Of a stretch of 64,000 bases of DNA, positions 42,960 through 53,034 are shown one piece after another. The notes below the pieces were generated by a model. It saw only the letters and a list, made by a program, of their open reading frames with translations. It was not told the origin of the DNA and ran no database searches. The first letter of the stretch is position 1; each line of letters begins with the position of its first letter. Origin of the DNA: Naegleria gruberi (Eukaryota); assembly GCA_000004985.1 (NCBI GenBank), contig GG738896.1. One strand, given 5' to 3'. The position numbers and the translations under genes were made by a program.

Positions 42960-43280
42960 ATCTCATATAATCAAAGTACAAGTGAATAGAAGATTATATT
43001 CTTTTCTCAAATATATTAAATATTATAAAATAGTTAATTCAATATTAAATTTGGTTTCTTTTTGATGTAAATTATTATCGTCAATTCTGGAAATGCATTT
43101 CTTCTTTCTTCCATTTACATATCATCAATTATTAATAAATAATAATTTATTTCCGCATATTGTTGTTATTGTTTTGTAGTACAAACAAATTCATAGAGTT
43201 TAAACTACAAATCAAATTGTAAATTCATTAATCAAAAAGCAAGAATTGGGAAGTGAATATTTGTTCTTCTTGTTGATAAT

Positions 43281-43475
43281 CTATTCTTGACCAACATTTG
43301 GGAAGGCTTCCTTCAAAGTCTTCTTGTGTTTGTTTTCAGCGTGTTCAGCCAAGACTTCAACCTTTGTTGTACACAAGAAGGTTTGCTTGCAGACATCACA
43401 TTGATAAGTGAGAGCCTTTTCGTTAACCTTGGTTTGAGAGGTGTCCTTCTTGTTGAGTTGGGCCATCTTCTTCAT
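43281..43475 (-). CDS. ZNF706-like small C2H2 zinc-finger protein
   Basis: 64 aa. YQCDVCKQTF...HAENKHKK matches the YTCTVCRTQM...HFESKHPK layout of ZNF706. Codon usage is notably G/C-ending (AAG, ACC, CTC), typical of highly expressed genes. Confidence 0.7.
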   Translation of the reverse strand: MKKMAQLNKKDTSQTKVNEKALTYQCDVCKQTFLCTTKVEVLAEHAENKHKKTLKEAFPNVGQE

Positions 43476-43999
43476 ATTTCTTTCTCCTATTAATTGTTGT
43501 TATTGTTGTTGAATATTCATCATTAAATATATATTATAATTCGTTTTTGGTTGTTGTTATTATTGTTCAAAAGCAATTCAATGAATATGATAAAACGTTT
43601 TTTCATAATTTCATCATCATTCCATTGTTTTTAAATTTGTTAAACGCATCGGATGGTAATATAAATGCATGAAATGCAAATTAATAATAGAGAGTTGAGA
43701 GAGAACGTACTCTTTTGCTGAGATTGGGCAGAATTTCCTTTGGCCATTGTTGTTGTTATTGATCTAAAAGAACGTTAAAATATTTTTTTAATAAAATTTT
43801 TTGTTGGAGAAATTTTCATAGTTTTTTTCTTTCTTTTCAAAATTTCCTTTTTTAAAACCTTAACGTTCATTTACCTCAATGAATGGTTGAGTATTTTGAA
43901 CAGAATGGGATGTAATTGAAATGATACATATCATTTGAAGTAATTAATTGGTTCTATTGAATAATTTTCATTTTGAAATTTTGAATATTTCAGTGATAT

Positions 44000-44592
44000 T
44001 TATTTACTGAAATATTGAGCTATGGTTTTGACTATATCTTGAGATTCCTTTTCTGAGTTTACTTGATATAAATGTTCGTAAGGGCCTTCATATTGTTGAG
44101 GTGGTTTAAATCCTTTAGCAAATTCATCCACTACCTCATCAGCCTTATCAGCTTGAAGTGTTGGATGGTTCTTTCTCGATTTTACATTTAATTTACATTG
44201 TTCAGGTGTTGTTGCAAACCAAACCAAGTCAATATGTTTCACTCCCAATTTCTTAGCTTCAGTAATCCACATTTTTCTATATCAATTTCAATATCAAAAT
44301 GTCATCGTTATTGTAAATTATTCAATAAATATACTAACCTATCCTTCGGATGAATATTACATCTATCTAATATTACTGACTTGTTATGTTTAAACGATTT
44401 TTCCATCACCTTTTTGCATTCCGAAGCATCTCCCAAAGTATCCTGATTGACTCGCACAAAATTTGTTGATTTCTTTTCTAATTGTTCCGAAAAGGTTGAT
44501 TTTCCAGATCCTGGAAATCCACAACAAATAATTAAATAAGTTTCTGGTGTTACTTTTGCTGTGCTACTACTCGATGATGATTTTTTGGTCAT
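44000..44592 (-). CDS. P-loop NTPase / kinase (AAA_33, polynucleotide-kinase-like); exons 44339-44592 and 44000-44276
   Basis: Walker A ICCGFPGSGKSTF. A 62-nt intron runs from AG|GTTAGT (donor at 44338) to the acceptor TATAG (exon 2 begins 44276, phase 2 gives the R codon). Exon 2 is KMWITEAKKLGVKHIDLVWF.... Confidence 0.65.
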
Positions 44593-44934
44593 TTTCAATG
44601 AAGTGTAATAATTATTGGATGAATTTTTATGTTTTGTTATTTTTTTGAGTTTGAATTTTATTTTTAGTTTTATCGTGAACTTTTTGAAACCACATTCAAG
44701 TTCAGAGTTGAAAAATAGTCAAAACTGAGTTTGAATGAATTGTAATTATTATTTAATGGTATTTTGTTAAAGCTTTAAATATTATTACACATGGTGGATT
44801 GTTCTAGTGTGAAAATAGTACACGTGTCGTAGAACTCTGAGTTCTGCTGTTGTTACAATTTCCAGATTTCTTCCTCTTTCTGTGAAGGCGCCAAAATTAA
44901 ATGAATTAAAAAACAAATAATTAAAAAAAATAGG

Positions 44935-47508
44935 ATGATGTTTACAAGACAAACTGCCAGAAAATCAACTGGTGGAAAGGCACCTCGCAAACAAGTTGGT
45001 TCAAAATCAGCTTTAGGATTAAATTCTTCTAATGCGAGAAAATATCAAATTAATATTAGCGAGTTGAAGGCTAAACATCAACAGCAACTTTCTGATCAGA
45101 ATAATTATAATTTGAATGATGACGCTGATTTGAAGAAATTTATTGATGATCAATATGAAAATTGTGATGATTTGGTTAAAAAGTGGATTCACGATGATTT
45201 GGTCAATCAAAAAGAGGAGATTCAACAATCGGATAGTGATGTAGAGCTTGATACAAGATTGTTGAAAGAATTGGATGAAAATACCAAGTTTGAAATTTTG
45301 CAATTCATTCCAACATTTTCACCAAATGTTGCCAATCAGTCCTTGACTGAAGAAAGAAATATTGAAATGAATCTCGATACTGAATTGATTAGATTTCACA
45401 AAATGAGATTAATTAACAAGAGTTTCAACAAGATTATGATGAAGAAAATTCTCACTCTCAAACATATTACCTTGAAAACTGCTACCAACACTTTAAATTA
45501 TATTAGTTTGCTCTCTATTGCTCAGAAGGCATACAAACAAGCAATGATGATGAACTCGAACCATGATCTAAATATTGATAATGTTTTATTATATAACCCT
45601 TATTCATCAGTAGAAATAGTTGACAACAACCAAAGTTTTGGTTTCAATAACTTTGGTGGTTTTTCAACAGGTCTCAATAGCTTTGGTGGTTTCTCAACAG
45701 GATTTGGTACTTTCGGTACTACAGCAAGCAGTATACTTCAAAACACCAATGAAATCCCATCCGATTCGAGAGAACTAATTTCTGAAGATTCTGAGGATGA
45801 GCTTATTGCAAAATTGTATTTAAAGAGAGAGGACAAGAAAAATCCCCAAAAAGTAGATATTGATTACATGCGTGAAGAGGTTTATTTATACACACATGCA
45901 TCACATACCACTTCTCAAAATCAAAGTAGTTCATATCCACCTGTTATTATGACAGTCAATGAAACTATTGAAACTTTAACTTTGGTAATGGAAGATCAAT
46001 ATCTAGCCAAAGATATTGTAGGGTTTTTTTCTAAATTGAAAAGACTTAATATTTTCATGAATAATGCAACTTTTTATTACGGAGAAGTATTCAACTTGGC
46101 TTCAGAATCTCTAGAGGAAGTTTTAGTTTGTGGTGCTGGTTTGTTAGAACTTCTTATCAACCAACCATATTTGCTAAGCTCTTTTTCTGGGGCTTCTTGT
46201 CCAAAGATGACATCAGTTACATTTTCTCCTCTACTTCCAAATATTTATGCACCAGAAAATATTCTTGATACCTACTTTTCTCAACTACAAGTCACTAATC
46301 CAACCATCCACAAGCTTAATATTTATGATAAGATTGGTAGAAATGAATCCGCATTTATCAAATCTGAAGTATTTACCACTACCAATCCTGTTCAAAGAGA
46401 GCTAAATGTTTACTGTGTTCAATACAAGTCACTTGTAAACATTGATATCTTGGAGGAACTCTATGATATATTTGGAGACCGTTTCGTGAAAACCGTAATG
46501 CCATTCATGATACTCGGATATAATTGCCCTGTAACATTGGAACATGACCAATCACTTTGGAAATCTCATTTTGTGGAACACATGAAAAAGTTCAAAGATA
46601 CTGCAAATTACTTGTTCAAGAAGAGGAAATTTCCTGTTTCAAACGTGTTGCTTTCATTTGACATTATGACAAATAATGTTTTAGAACAGAACATCAAGGA
46701 CAGCAAATTACAATACCTCATATACCTATGTAACCAGTATCAAAATTCTAAACTTTTAAGCTATCTACCTGAAAACAAACAAACTCTATCAACAATTATT
46801 GCCTCAATTTATAGAGGATGGAATTTCACAAAATATACAAATGATCTCTTGGAATTCTTTGTTAGAGCCTTTTTTCACAGAGGAGTTTCTGCCATGTTAC
46901 ATAACTTTAAGTATGATGAAAAATTTATTGTATCTCAAATTGAGTATTTGGCTACTAGTTACACGATTAGTTCTACGATTAGTTCTAGGGCCGTTATTAC
47001 TGAGATAATTATCCACCTCTTCAGAAATAACTCAAAGGTTCTCTACTCTCTTCTTGCAAAACAGGTGGAAGTTTCTGATAATAACACTACATTTACAATT
47101 CCATTTATTGCCTTCCTCTTCGGAAAGGCAGATTGCTATTTAATTGCTAAACTATTTAATGAAATGGACATGGAAACATTCAATTCTTTAGGTCAAAACA
47201 ATAGAGGCGACAACATTCTCCACATTTATGTTTACTTTCAACAAGAATTTAATTACCTCATCTTTTATTCCATACTAAACAAGAATCCAAACTTGATTAA
47301 CATGGTCAATCACAAATTGCAAACTCCGCTTCATTACTTGATGACACTAAATGACAAGAGATCACCTCTTTTACTTCCAGAAATCAATCAACTTCTTAAA
47401 CGTAATAATATTTTGTTAGATATGAATGTTACCGATTATATGGAACAAACTCCTATGAGTATTCTTAAATCAGAAGAATATGAACATGAAGATATCATGT
47501 TTGAATAA
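44935..47508 (+). CDS. Large FG-repeat / ankyrin-repeat protein whose N-terminus mimics the histone H3 tail
   Basis: MMFTRQTARKSTGGKAPRKQ: residues 5-19 of histone H3 (QTARKSTGGKAPRKQ) are identical and T3 is kept. A second ARK triplet (SNARKYQ) follows. No histone fold. Mid-region FG repeats (FGFNNFGGFSTGLNSFGGFSTGFGTFG). C-terminal ankyrin-like repeats (GDNILHIYV...LQTPLHYLM). 857-codon uninterrupted ORF. Confidence 0.7.
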   Translation: MMFTRQTARKSTGGKAPRKQVGSKSALGLNSSNARKYQINISELKAKHQQQLSDQNNYNLNDDADLKKFIDDQYENCDDLVKKWIHDDLVNQKEEIQQSDSDVELDTRLLKELDENTKFEILQFIPTFSPNVANQSLTEERNIEMNLDTELIRFHKMRLINKSFNKIMMKKILTLKHITLKTATNTLNYISLLSIAQKAYKQAMMMNSNHDLNIDNVLLYNPYSSVEIVDNNQSFGFNNFGGFSTGLNSFGGFSTGFGTFGTTASSILQNTNEIPSDSRELISEDSEDELIAKLYLKREDKKNPQKVDIDYMREEVYLYTHASHTTSQNQSSSYPPVIMTVNETIETLTLVMEDQYLAKDIVGFFSKLKRLNIFMNNATFYYGEVFNLASESLEEVLVCGAGLLELLINQPYLLSSFSGASCPKMTSVTFSPLLPNIYAPENILDTYFSQLQVTNPTIHKLNIYDKIGRNESAFIKSEVFTTTNPVQRELNVYCVQYKSLVNIDILEELYDIFGDRFVKTVMPFMILGYNCPVTLEHDQSLWKSHFVEHMKKFKDTANYLFKKRKFPVSNVLLSFDIMTNNVLEQNIKDSKLQYLIYLCNQYQNSKLLSYLPENKQTLSTIIASIYRGWNFTKYTNDLLEFFVRAFFHRGVSAMLHNFKYDEKFIVSQIEYLATSYTISSTISSRAVITEIIIHLFRNNSKVLYSLLAKQVEVSDNNTTFTIPFIAFLFGKADCYLIAKLFNEMDMETFNSLGQNNRGDNILHIYVYFQQEFNYLIFYSILNKNPNLINMVNHKLQTPLHYLMTLNDKRSPLLLPEINQLLKRNNILLDMNVTDYMEQTPMSILKSEEYEHEDIMFE

Positions 47509-47659
47509 TTGAAACTTAATGATAGCAAGCATTTCTTCCAAGCTAATAAAATTTTTACAGTAAGGATTTCATGTATTTAATTGTTTGTTGGGCAACCAGA
47601 ATTAATCGATTAATTTTACACTTAAAGGAATCCGCAAACCAATAATGAACCAAAATGAA

Positions 47660-47730
47660 GTGCATTAGCCGGGAGTCGAACCCGGGTCACCAGCTTGGAA
47701 GGCTGGTATGATACCGTTACACTACTAATG
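47660..47730 (-). tRNA. tRNA-Gly (anticodon TCC), copy a
   Basis: 71 nt. GCATTAGTAGTGTAACGGTATCATACCAGCCTTCCAAGCTGGTGACCCGGGTTCGACTCCCGGCTAATGCA. Anticodon arm CCAGC-CTTCCAA-GCTGG. Confidence 0.9.
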
Positions 47731-47912
47731 CTTTCTTGGTTAATTCATTCCTTAATGTTCACGATTAAGCACGATATCCCATTCTGTTTATTCCTTTTTA
47801 ATCAATTTCTGGAACTTTCATTCTTAATTCGAATTGAACATAACGGTACTATAGCATTAGGCCTACTATTCTTGAATTCTCCTGGAGGGAATTTACATCC
47901 CATTTAAAAACA

Positions 47913-49165
47913 ATGAAAGCAAAAAAATTTCAAATCAGTAAAAAAAAAATGGAGCTATTGGAAGAATCATGCTTGCTCTCAGTGATTAATCTTCCAAAAG
48001 AGATTTGGCTCTATCAAATATGTGAATATTTAGATATTCTTGATATGATTTTTTCGCTGGGGAGAGTTTGCAAAGCATTTCGATATGAATTGGCAAACGA
48101 ATATCTTAAAAAATTCCCAAAAACAAAAAAGAAGGATTCGAATGATCAAGTCAGTTCGATAGATAGCTTTTCAATGAGAAGAGTGAAATATATTATCAGA
48201 GATGAATTACTGAAATTTATTGTAAAGTTTGAAAAATCTCTGACGAATGAAGGAATTTTCGAAAAGAAGGACACGAGCCATGTATCAGAACAGTCCAATG
48301 CTCAACAAAATGATCCAAAATCAACAAATGGTGGTCCCACAATAGAAAAAGAACGTTTAATGGAATTATTCCAATCAAGAATGGAAATATTCGACTTTTA
48401 CTTTTCACATTTCTATAAGAAATTACCAAGTGACGCTAGTGAATCAGCTATCAAGCAAACTTCCATTGCTTCTTCCCTATTTAAATCTGAAAATCAATTA
48501 GTTGAATCCTCATCAGCAAGAAACACTGAAATGAAAAAGATTTTGATTATCGGCAATGGTGGAGGTAAGTTTTCATTGTTAAATATTTCTCTAAATATTT
48601 AAAGTTGGAAAAACAACATTTTGCAGATCAATGCAGGATTTACCACTAAACGATAACCGAAATCTACCAACTATTGGTTGTGAAATCAACTCTTACCGAT
48701 TGAAAATTGCCGGTTTGGAAGCAAATATTAATTTATGGGATACAGGTATGTTCCACACTTTTTAATTGAGATTTTTATTAAAATCAAACAGTTGGTCAGG
48801 AAAAGTTTGGTTTTCTTAGAGATACCCTTTATGTGAATACTTCAGTGTGCATCATTTGTTTTGATCTTACCAGTAGATATTCCTACAAATCTATTCTGAA
48901 TTGGTTCAGGGATATCAAAAGAGTGGAACCTGAATGTGAAGTGATATTTGTCGGAACGAAACTAGATCTAACCGACAATCTGAAAGTAACACCCAAGCAA
49001 ATTACTTTTCCAATTAACAAGTATTGTCCATATATTGGATTGAGTAGTCTTCAACAGATTAATAATAGAGCAGTGTTGTGGTATGTTGCTTTTATGAATC
49101 TGTTTGTTTCCCATTTGAAAGGTATTCATGAAACTCTCATTTGTGATAAAGAAACAATAAATTGA
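47913..49165 (+). CDS. F-box / Ran-like small GTPase fusion protein (3 exons: 47913-48564, 48605-48745, 48792-49165)
   Basis: Exon 1 has an F-box (LSVINLPKEIWLYQICEYLDILDMIFSLGRVCKAFRY) and ends KKILIIGNGG at GTAAGT 48565. A 40-nt intron precedes exon 2 (VGKTTFCRS...INLWDT), which ends at GTATGT 48746. A 46-nt intron precedes exon 3 (VGQEKFGFLRDTLYV...VIFVGTKLDL...). The Ran-like pattern is GDGGxGKTTF...WDTAGQEKFGGLRD. All phases are 1 and consistent. Confidence 0.7.
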
Positions 49166-49263
49166 TTTAGACTTACCTTAGTGTGGAACATTAAGGTTTT
49201 ATAATAAATAGAATGAGATATTGTGCTTAACCGTGAATATTAAGGAATGAAATAAGCAAGAAA

Positions 49264-49334
49264 GCATTAGTAGTGTAACGGTATCATACCAGCCTTCCAA
49301 GCTGGTGACCCGGGTTCGACTCCCGGCTAATGCA
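49264..49334 (+). tRNA. tRNA-Gly (anticodon TCC), copy b
   Basis: Identical 71-nt sequence to copy a, in opposite orientation. About 50 bp of 5' flank and about 35 bp of 3' flank are also conserved with the other copies. Confidence 0.9.
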
Positions 49335-49960
49335 TTTCCTTTTGATTCTTGGTTTGCAGATTCCCTTATTATTGTTACTGTGGTACTTAAGCAAATGAAA
49401 ATTTTCTCGCGAAAAAATATATATTAAAATACTTCAATACTCTTCTTTGACTCCTTTTGCATATTGGATTATGAACTTTGATTACCATTATTGGTGTTGA
49501 TGTCTAATGGTGAGCTAGTTGAGGGATTGTCTCTTTCAAAATGTGATATTGAGCATATTCATCCTTAATAGAGAGATACCAAGCCGAATCAATTGGCCGT
49601 TCACACACTTGTAAGCATTATTAGACCGTTAGTAGTACATGTACTTGATAAACATGGTAACTAATCGATTGGATTGTTAGTTAAACGAAACTGCTCACAA
49701 CCCATCAAAATATTCGAAAGGTGAAACAAACATCATTTCTGAAATATAGCACGTTTCTTTCGGCGATTTCACATGCATTATTTTGTGAGAACTTTCTATT
49801 TAAGTGCAACATCTTTTTAAATGGAAAGTGATGCCCGAGATGAAATCTCTGAAAAAATAGGTTACTTTCCAATAATTGAAATTTGTAAACGAAAGCACGA
49901 ACAATAACTTTCCACCTGAACCACACAAGAATCTCTTAAAAAAAACAATAACACCCAATC

Positions 49961-51062
49961 ATGAACTATCCTAAAGCTTTAGTTGTATTTCTGATATCTT
50001 TCGCTATCCTCAACGTTGGTATCTTTGCCATCACTGTTTCTCAAGATTTTACCAATGCATTTGATGCAGCTGTCCAAGCAATGATTACTGACAGCGAATG
50101 GAATAAATTCTATTCTGACACGATGTATTTTACAGTGCCAACATGTACAAGTGCAACTGTCAAATGGCCAACTAAGAATCCATTCATTGGTAGAAGTGGT
50201 TTAAACATGTGTTTCGAAACTGGAACTTTATCTCCGTGGTTAGAAACCAAGACGAAAATTGCTCAAATGGTTGTTCAAAAGATTAATTCACACTATGGAA
50301 CAAGTTATAATGCAAATATTTTGAGATTTAATACAAGTGCATTGGGATTCTTTGATACGATGAAAAATGCTGTGAATAATGGAGATTGTAAGTTTCGAAT
50401 ATATTTTTTAAGTTTCGAATATTTTGAAATAATTAATGTTTGATAATTTCGAATAGGTGATATGATAACTGCTAATATTCTTGTTACTGCCGAAAGAAGT
50501 TCATCCATTCATTATCAATGTCCATTCGGATCTGGTTCAAATGGTTGGATCAGAACTAAAAGAGATCCACAACTTTCCATTACTGATATTTCTCAATTGA
50601 ACAAGACTGGAATCATGGTTGGAGGTAAGTTATTGATCATTCATGAAATTTCTCATTCATTATTCAACAAATCTATTCGAAACACAGCTTATGAAGGAAC
50701 TGCTTTTGCAACTTATGTGAAAACTAATCTTCCAGCTGCAACTTTTGTGCCATATTCTGGTATTAACTTGCAATATGACGCTGTTTTGGATGGATCAGTT
50801 CATGCAATTATTGGAGATGGTAAGTTTAATTTAGTTTATTATTGGTATTCGAAACCTTTCAGCTATTCAATATTACAATTGGGCCAATGTTCAAATGTCA
50901 GGAAAATGTAATTGCACTGTTAAAACTTATGGAAATACATTCGGTATGGCCACTTTCACCAATGTGAATATTACAACAAGCGGAGTTGACCAAATCGGCG
51001 GAGGAAATGTTTGGACCTCCTTTTTGGTATTAATAATAGTTTCCATTTTAGTCATGTTTTAA
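49961..51062 (+). CDS. Secreted, probably GPI-anchored, solute-binding-protein family 3 (SBP_bac_3 / iGluR ligand-binding-like) protein; 4 exons
   Basis: Signal peptide MNYPKALVVFLISFAILNVGIFA. Exons 49961-50387, 50457-50624, 50688-50819 and 50863-51062 (alternative in-frame acceptor at 50899). All introns are GTAAGT...AG, phase 1. Matches the SBP_bac_3 pattern: GDMITANILVTAERSSSIHYQCPF...LNKTGIMVG...YEGTAFATYVKTNLPAATFVPYSG...DAVLDGSVHAIIGD. Hydrophobic C-terminus (VWTSFLVLIIVSILVMF). Confidence 0.65.
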
Positions 51063-51185
51063 ATAATAATATACTAATAATTTTTGTCAAGCAACAGTAT
51101 TGTTGACTTCAATAAATCCTAAATATTAAATTAAAAAGAGAAATCTTTAAAAATCTCAAATTTTGGCGCCAAAAGTCAAAAAAAA

Positions 51186-52760
51186 ATGTGGAATGCGAAT
51201 TCTCCTGCGCCATGCTCATCAGGATCATCGGTTGATCAGCAGCAATACAGTCCACTTCCCATCGCCTCTATTCAACAATTTACATCAACAGTAACTCATC
51301 ACGAATTTGTAATGCACTCATCAGAATTATTTGTCGAATTATTTTGAATTCCTGATCGTAAAAAGAAGAATAATTCTGATTATTTGGATGCATATTTCAA
51401 GTCTACAAAGTCTTTTGATGCAAACAAGTATCAATCACAGATTAATCCACAAATTGTACGTCAAGTCCAAATATCAAGTAATGGTATCTCAGATCATTGT
51501 ACAAATGTGCGTTCGTGGTTTATTGAAACCATCATGATGAGAATGGGTATTTTCCTACCTGAGAACATTTCGTTGGTGAAGAGAATTGGAGAGGGAGCTT
51601 ATGGCAGCGTGTATAGAATTGGTAAAGATAAAGTGTTGAAGATTGCTAAAGATGGTGAAGCCATCAAGAAGTTTGATCATCCATTATTGTTGAGTATTGA
51701 GAGGCTTTTTTGGTATGAAGCTGAGAAACTCTTGTTGATTGTTTCTCCATACTATGAATTGGGACATTTGAGAGGTCAATTCACATTAGGTCAATATTGG
51801 TCAATTCTTTGTAATTTGACAAATGCTCTCAAGTATTTACATTCCCAACAAGTTGTTCATAGAGATATCAAGCCAGCAAACATACTTGTAGAAAAAAAGG
51901 ACAAATTTGAAGTGAAAGTTGTTTTAGCTGATTTTGGATTGGCGAAATCGTTCGATTCTTGCAGTGCAGGAAGTGTAGGAACGACCTACTTTGTAGCTCC
52001 AGAATTAATGAAAGGTTATGATGGAGAACATAGTGCTAGAAGAAGAGTTGCCAATGAGAAGAGTGACATTTTTTCTCTTGGAAAGACTATTAGCGTTCTA
52101 ATTTTGAATGACAAACCTGAAGATTTGGAATTTAAGAAGGGGAATTCACTCACCGAATTGCTTAATCGTATGATGAAGTACAAGCCAGAGAATAGACCTT
52201 CGACTGATGAAATTATTTCAATATGTGAAATGGAGATTTCAAAGCTTTCAGAGACTGATTACAATGCAATTTTCAAATTATCCGACAATGATATTGAAAT
52301 ATTTGATGAAATGAGCTTTTACACTGAAAGTAGTTTGAGTGATGGTTTGTTGAAAATGTTAATAAGCGGAGAAAGTTCTCAAAGTCAATCTGCTGTTAAA
52401 CATTCATACACGTTTGATCTTCACGATGACGGTGTTGTAAATGCCAAGAAAATAATTCACATCAAGTGCACACCAGAGGCAAGATTGGCCATCGAATCAA
52501 TCTATCTCAGAATTTACAACACCAAATTCAATACAGGACTCATTGATGTAACCAATTGCTTGTCCAAATCAGTTAGAGAAATATCCAATGATAATGAAAA
52601 GAAATATGCCATCTCTGGTTCACAAAAACAATATCTCATTCCTGCCAAGTCGAAATATCAAAATGAAAAAGGAAAGGACACTATTGAATTGTATATTAAT
52701 AATAGGGATGAACATGTGGCTTCAGCCAATTATGTCGCCAAGAATAATAAAAATAATTAA
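51186..52760 (+). CDS. Ser/Thr protein kinase (exons 51186-51308 [tentative] and 51402-52760)
   Basis: Kinase motifs IGEGAYGSVY, VLKIAK, HRDIKPANILV, DFGLAK, APELMKG. The ORF-track start at 51384 is a TTG and the first in-frame ATG is at 51534. A 41-codon GC-richer ATG exon (MWNANSPAPCSSGSSVDQQQYSP...THHEF) with a GTAATG donor at 51309 and an acceptor AG at 51400-01 joins in phase 0. Plausible but unproven. Confidence 0.7.
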
Positions 52761-52984
52761 TCGAATCCTAAGCTAATAAGAATCAAAAGGAAGTGCATTA
52801 GCCGGGAGTCGAACCCGGGTCACCAGCTTGGAAGGCTGGTATGATACCGTTACACTACTAATGCTTTCTTGCTTATTTATTTTCAACCGTAATGTTCCGG
52901 ATTAAGGGATGCAATATTTTCAATAATTATTTATTTCAATAATCTATTATTCAATTAAAAGTGGAATGACATGTCAGAGAACTT
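52703..52984. repeat. 282-bp segment (last 58 nt of the kinase CDS plus tRNA-Gly plus flanks), duplicated at 54902-55183
   Basis: About 95% identical direct repeat 2.2 kb downstream. The two copies bracket the F-box/LRR gene at 53035-54714. Confidence 0.85.
52794..52864 (-). tRNA. tRNA-Gly (anticodon TCC), copy c
   Basis: Identical 71-nt sequence, minus strand. Confidence 0.9.
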
Positions 52985-53034
52985 ATTTATGAACATGAAT
53001 AATAATTCAATATTATTAATTATTACTAAAAAAA

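Noticed and set aside
44935-45000. Possibility that the H3-like start is simply a histone H3 gene
   Set aside because: The ORF continues in frame for 857 codons with FG and ankyrin repeats and no histone-fold sequence (no RYRPGT, ALREIRRYQ or similar).
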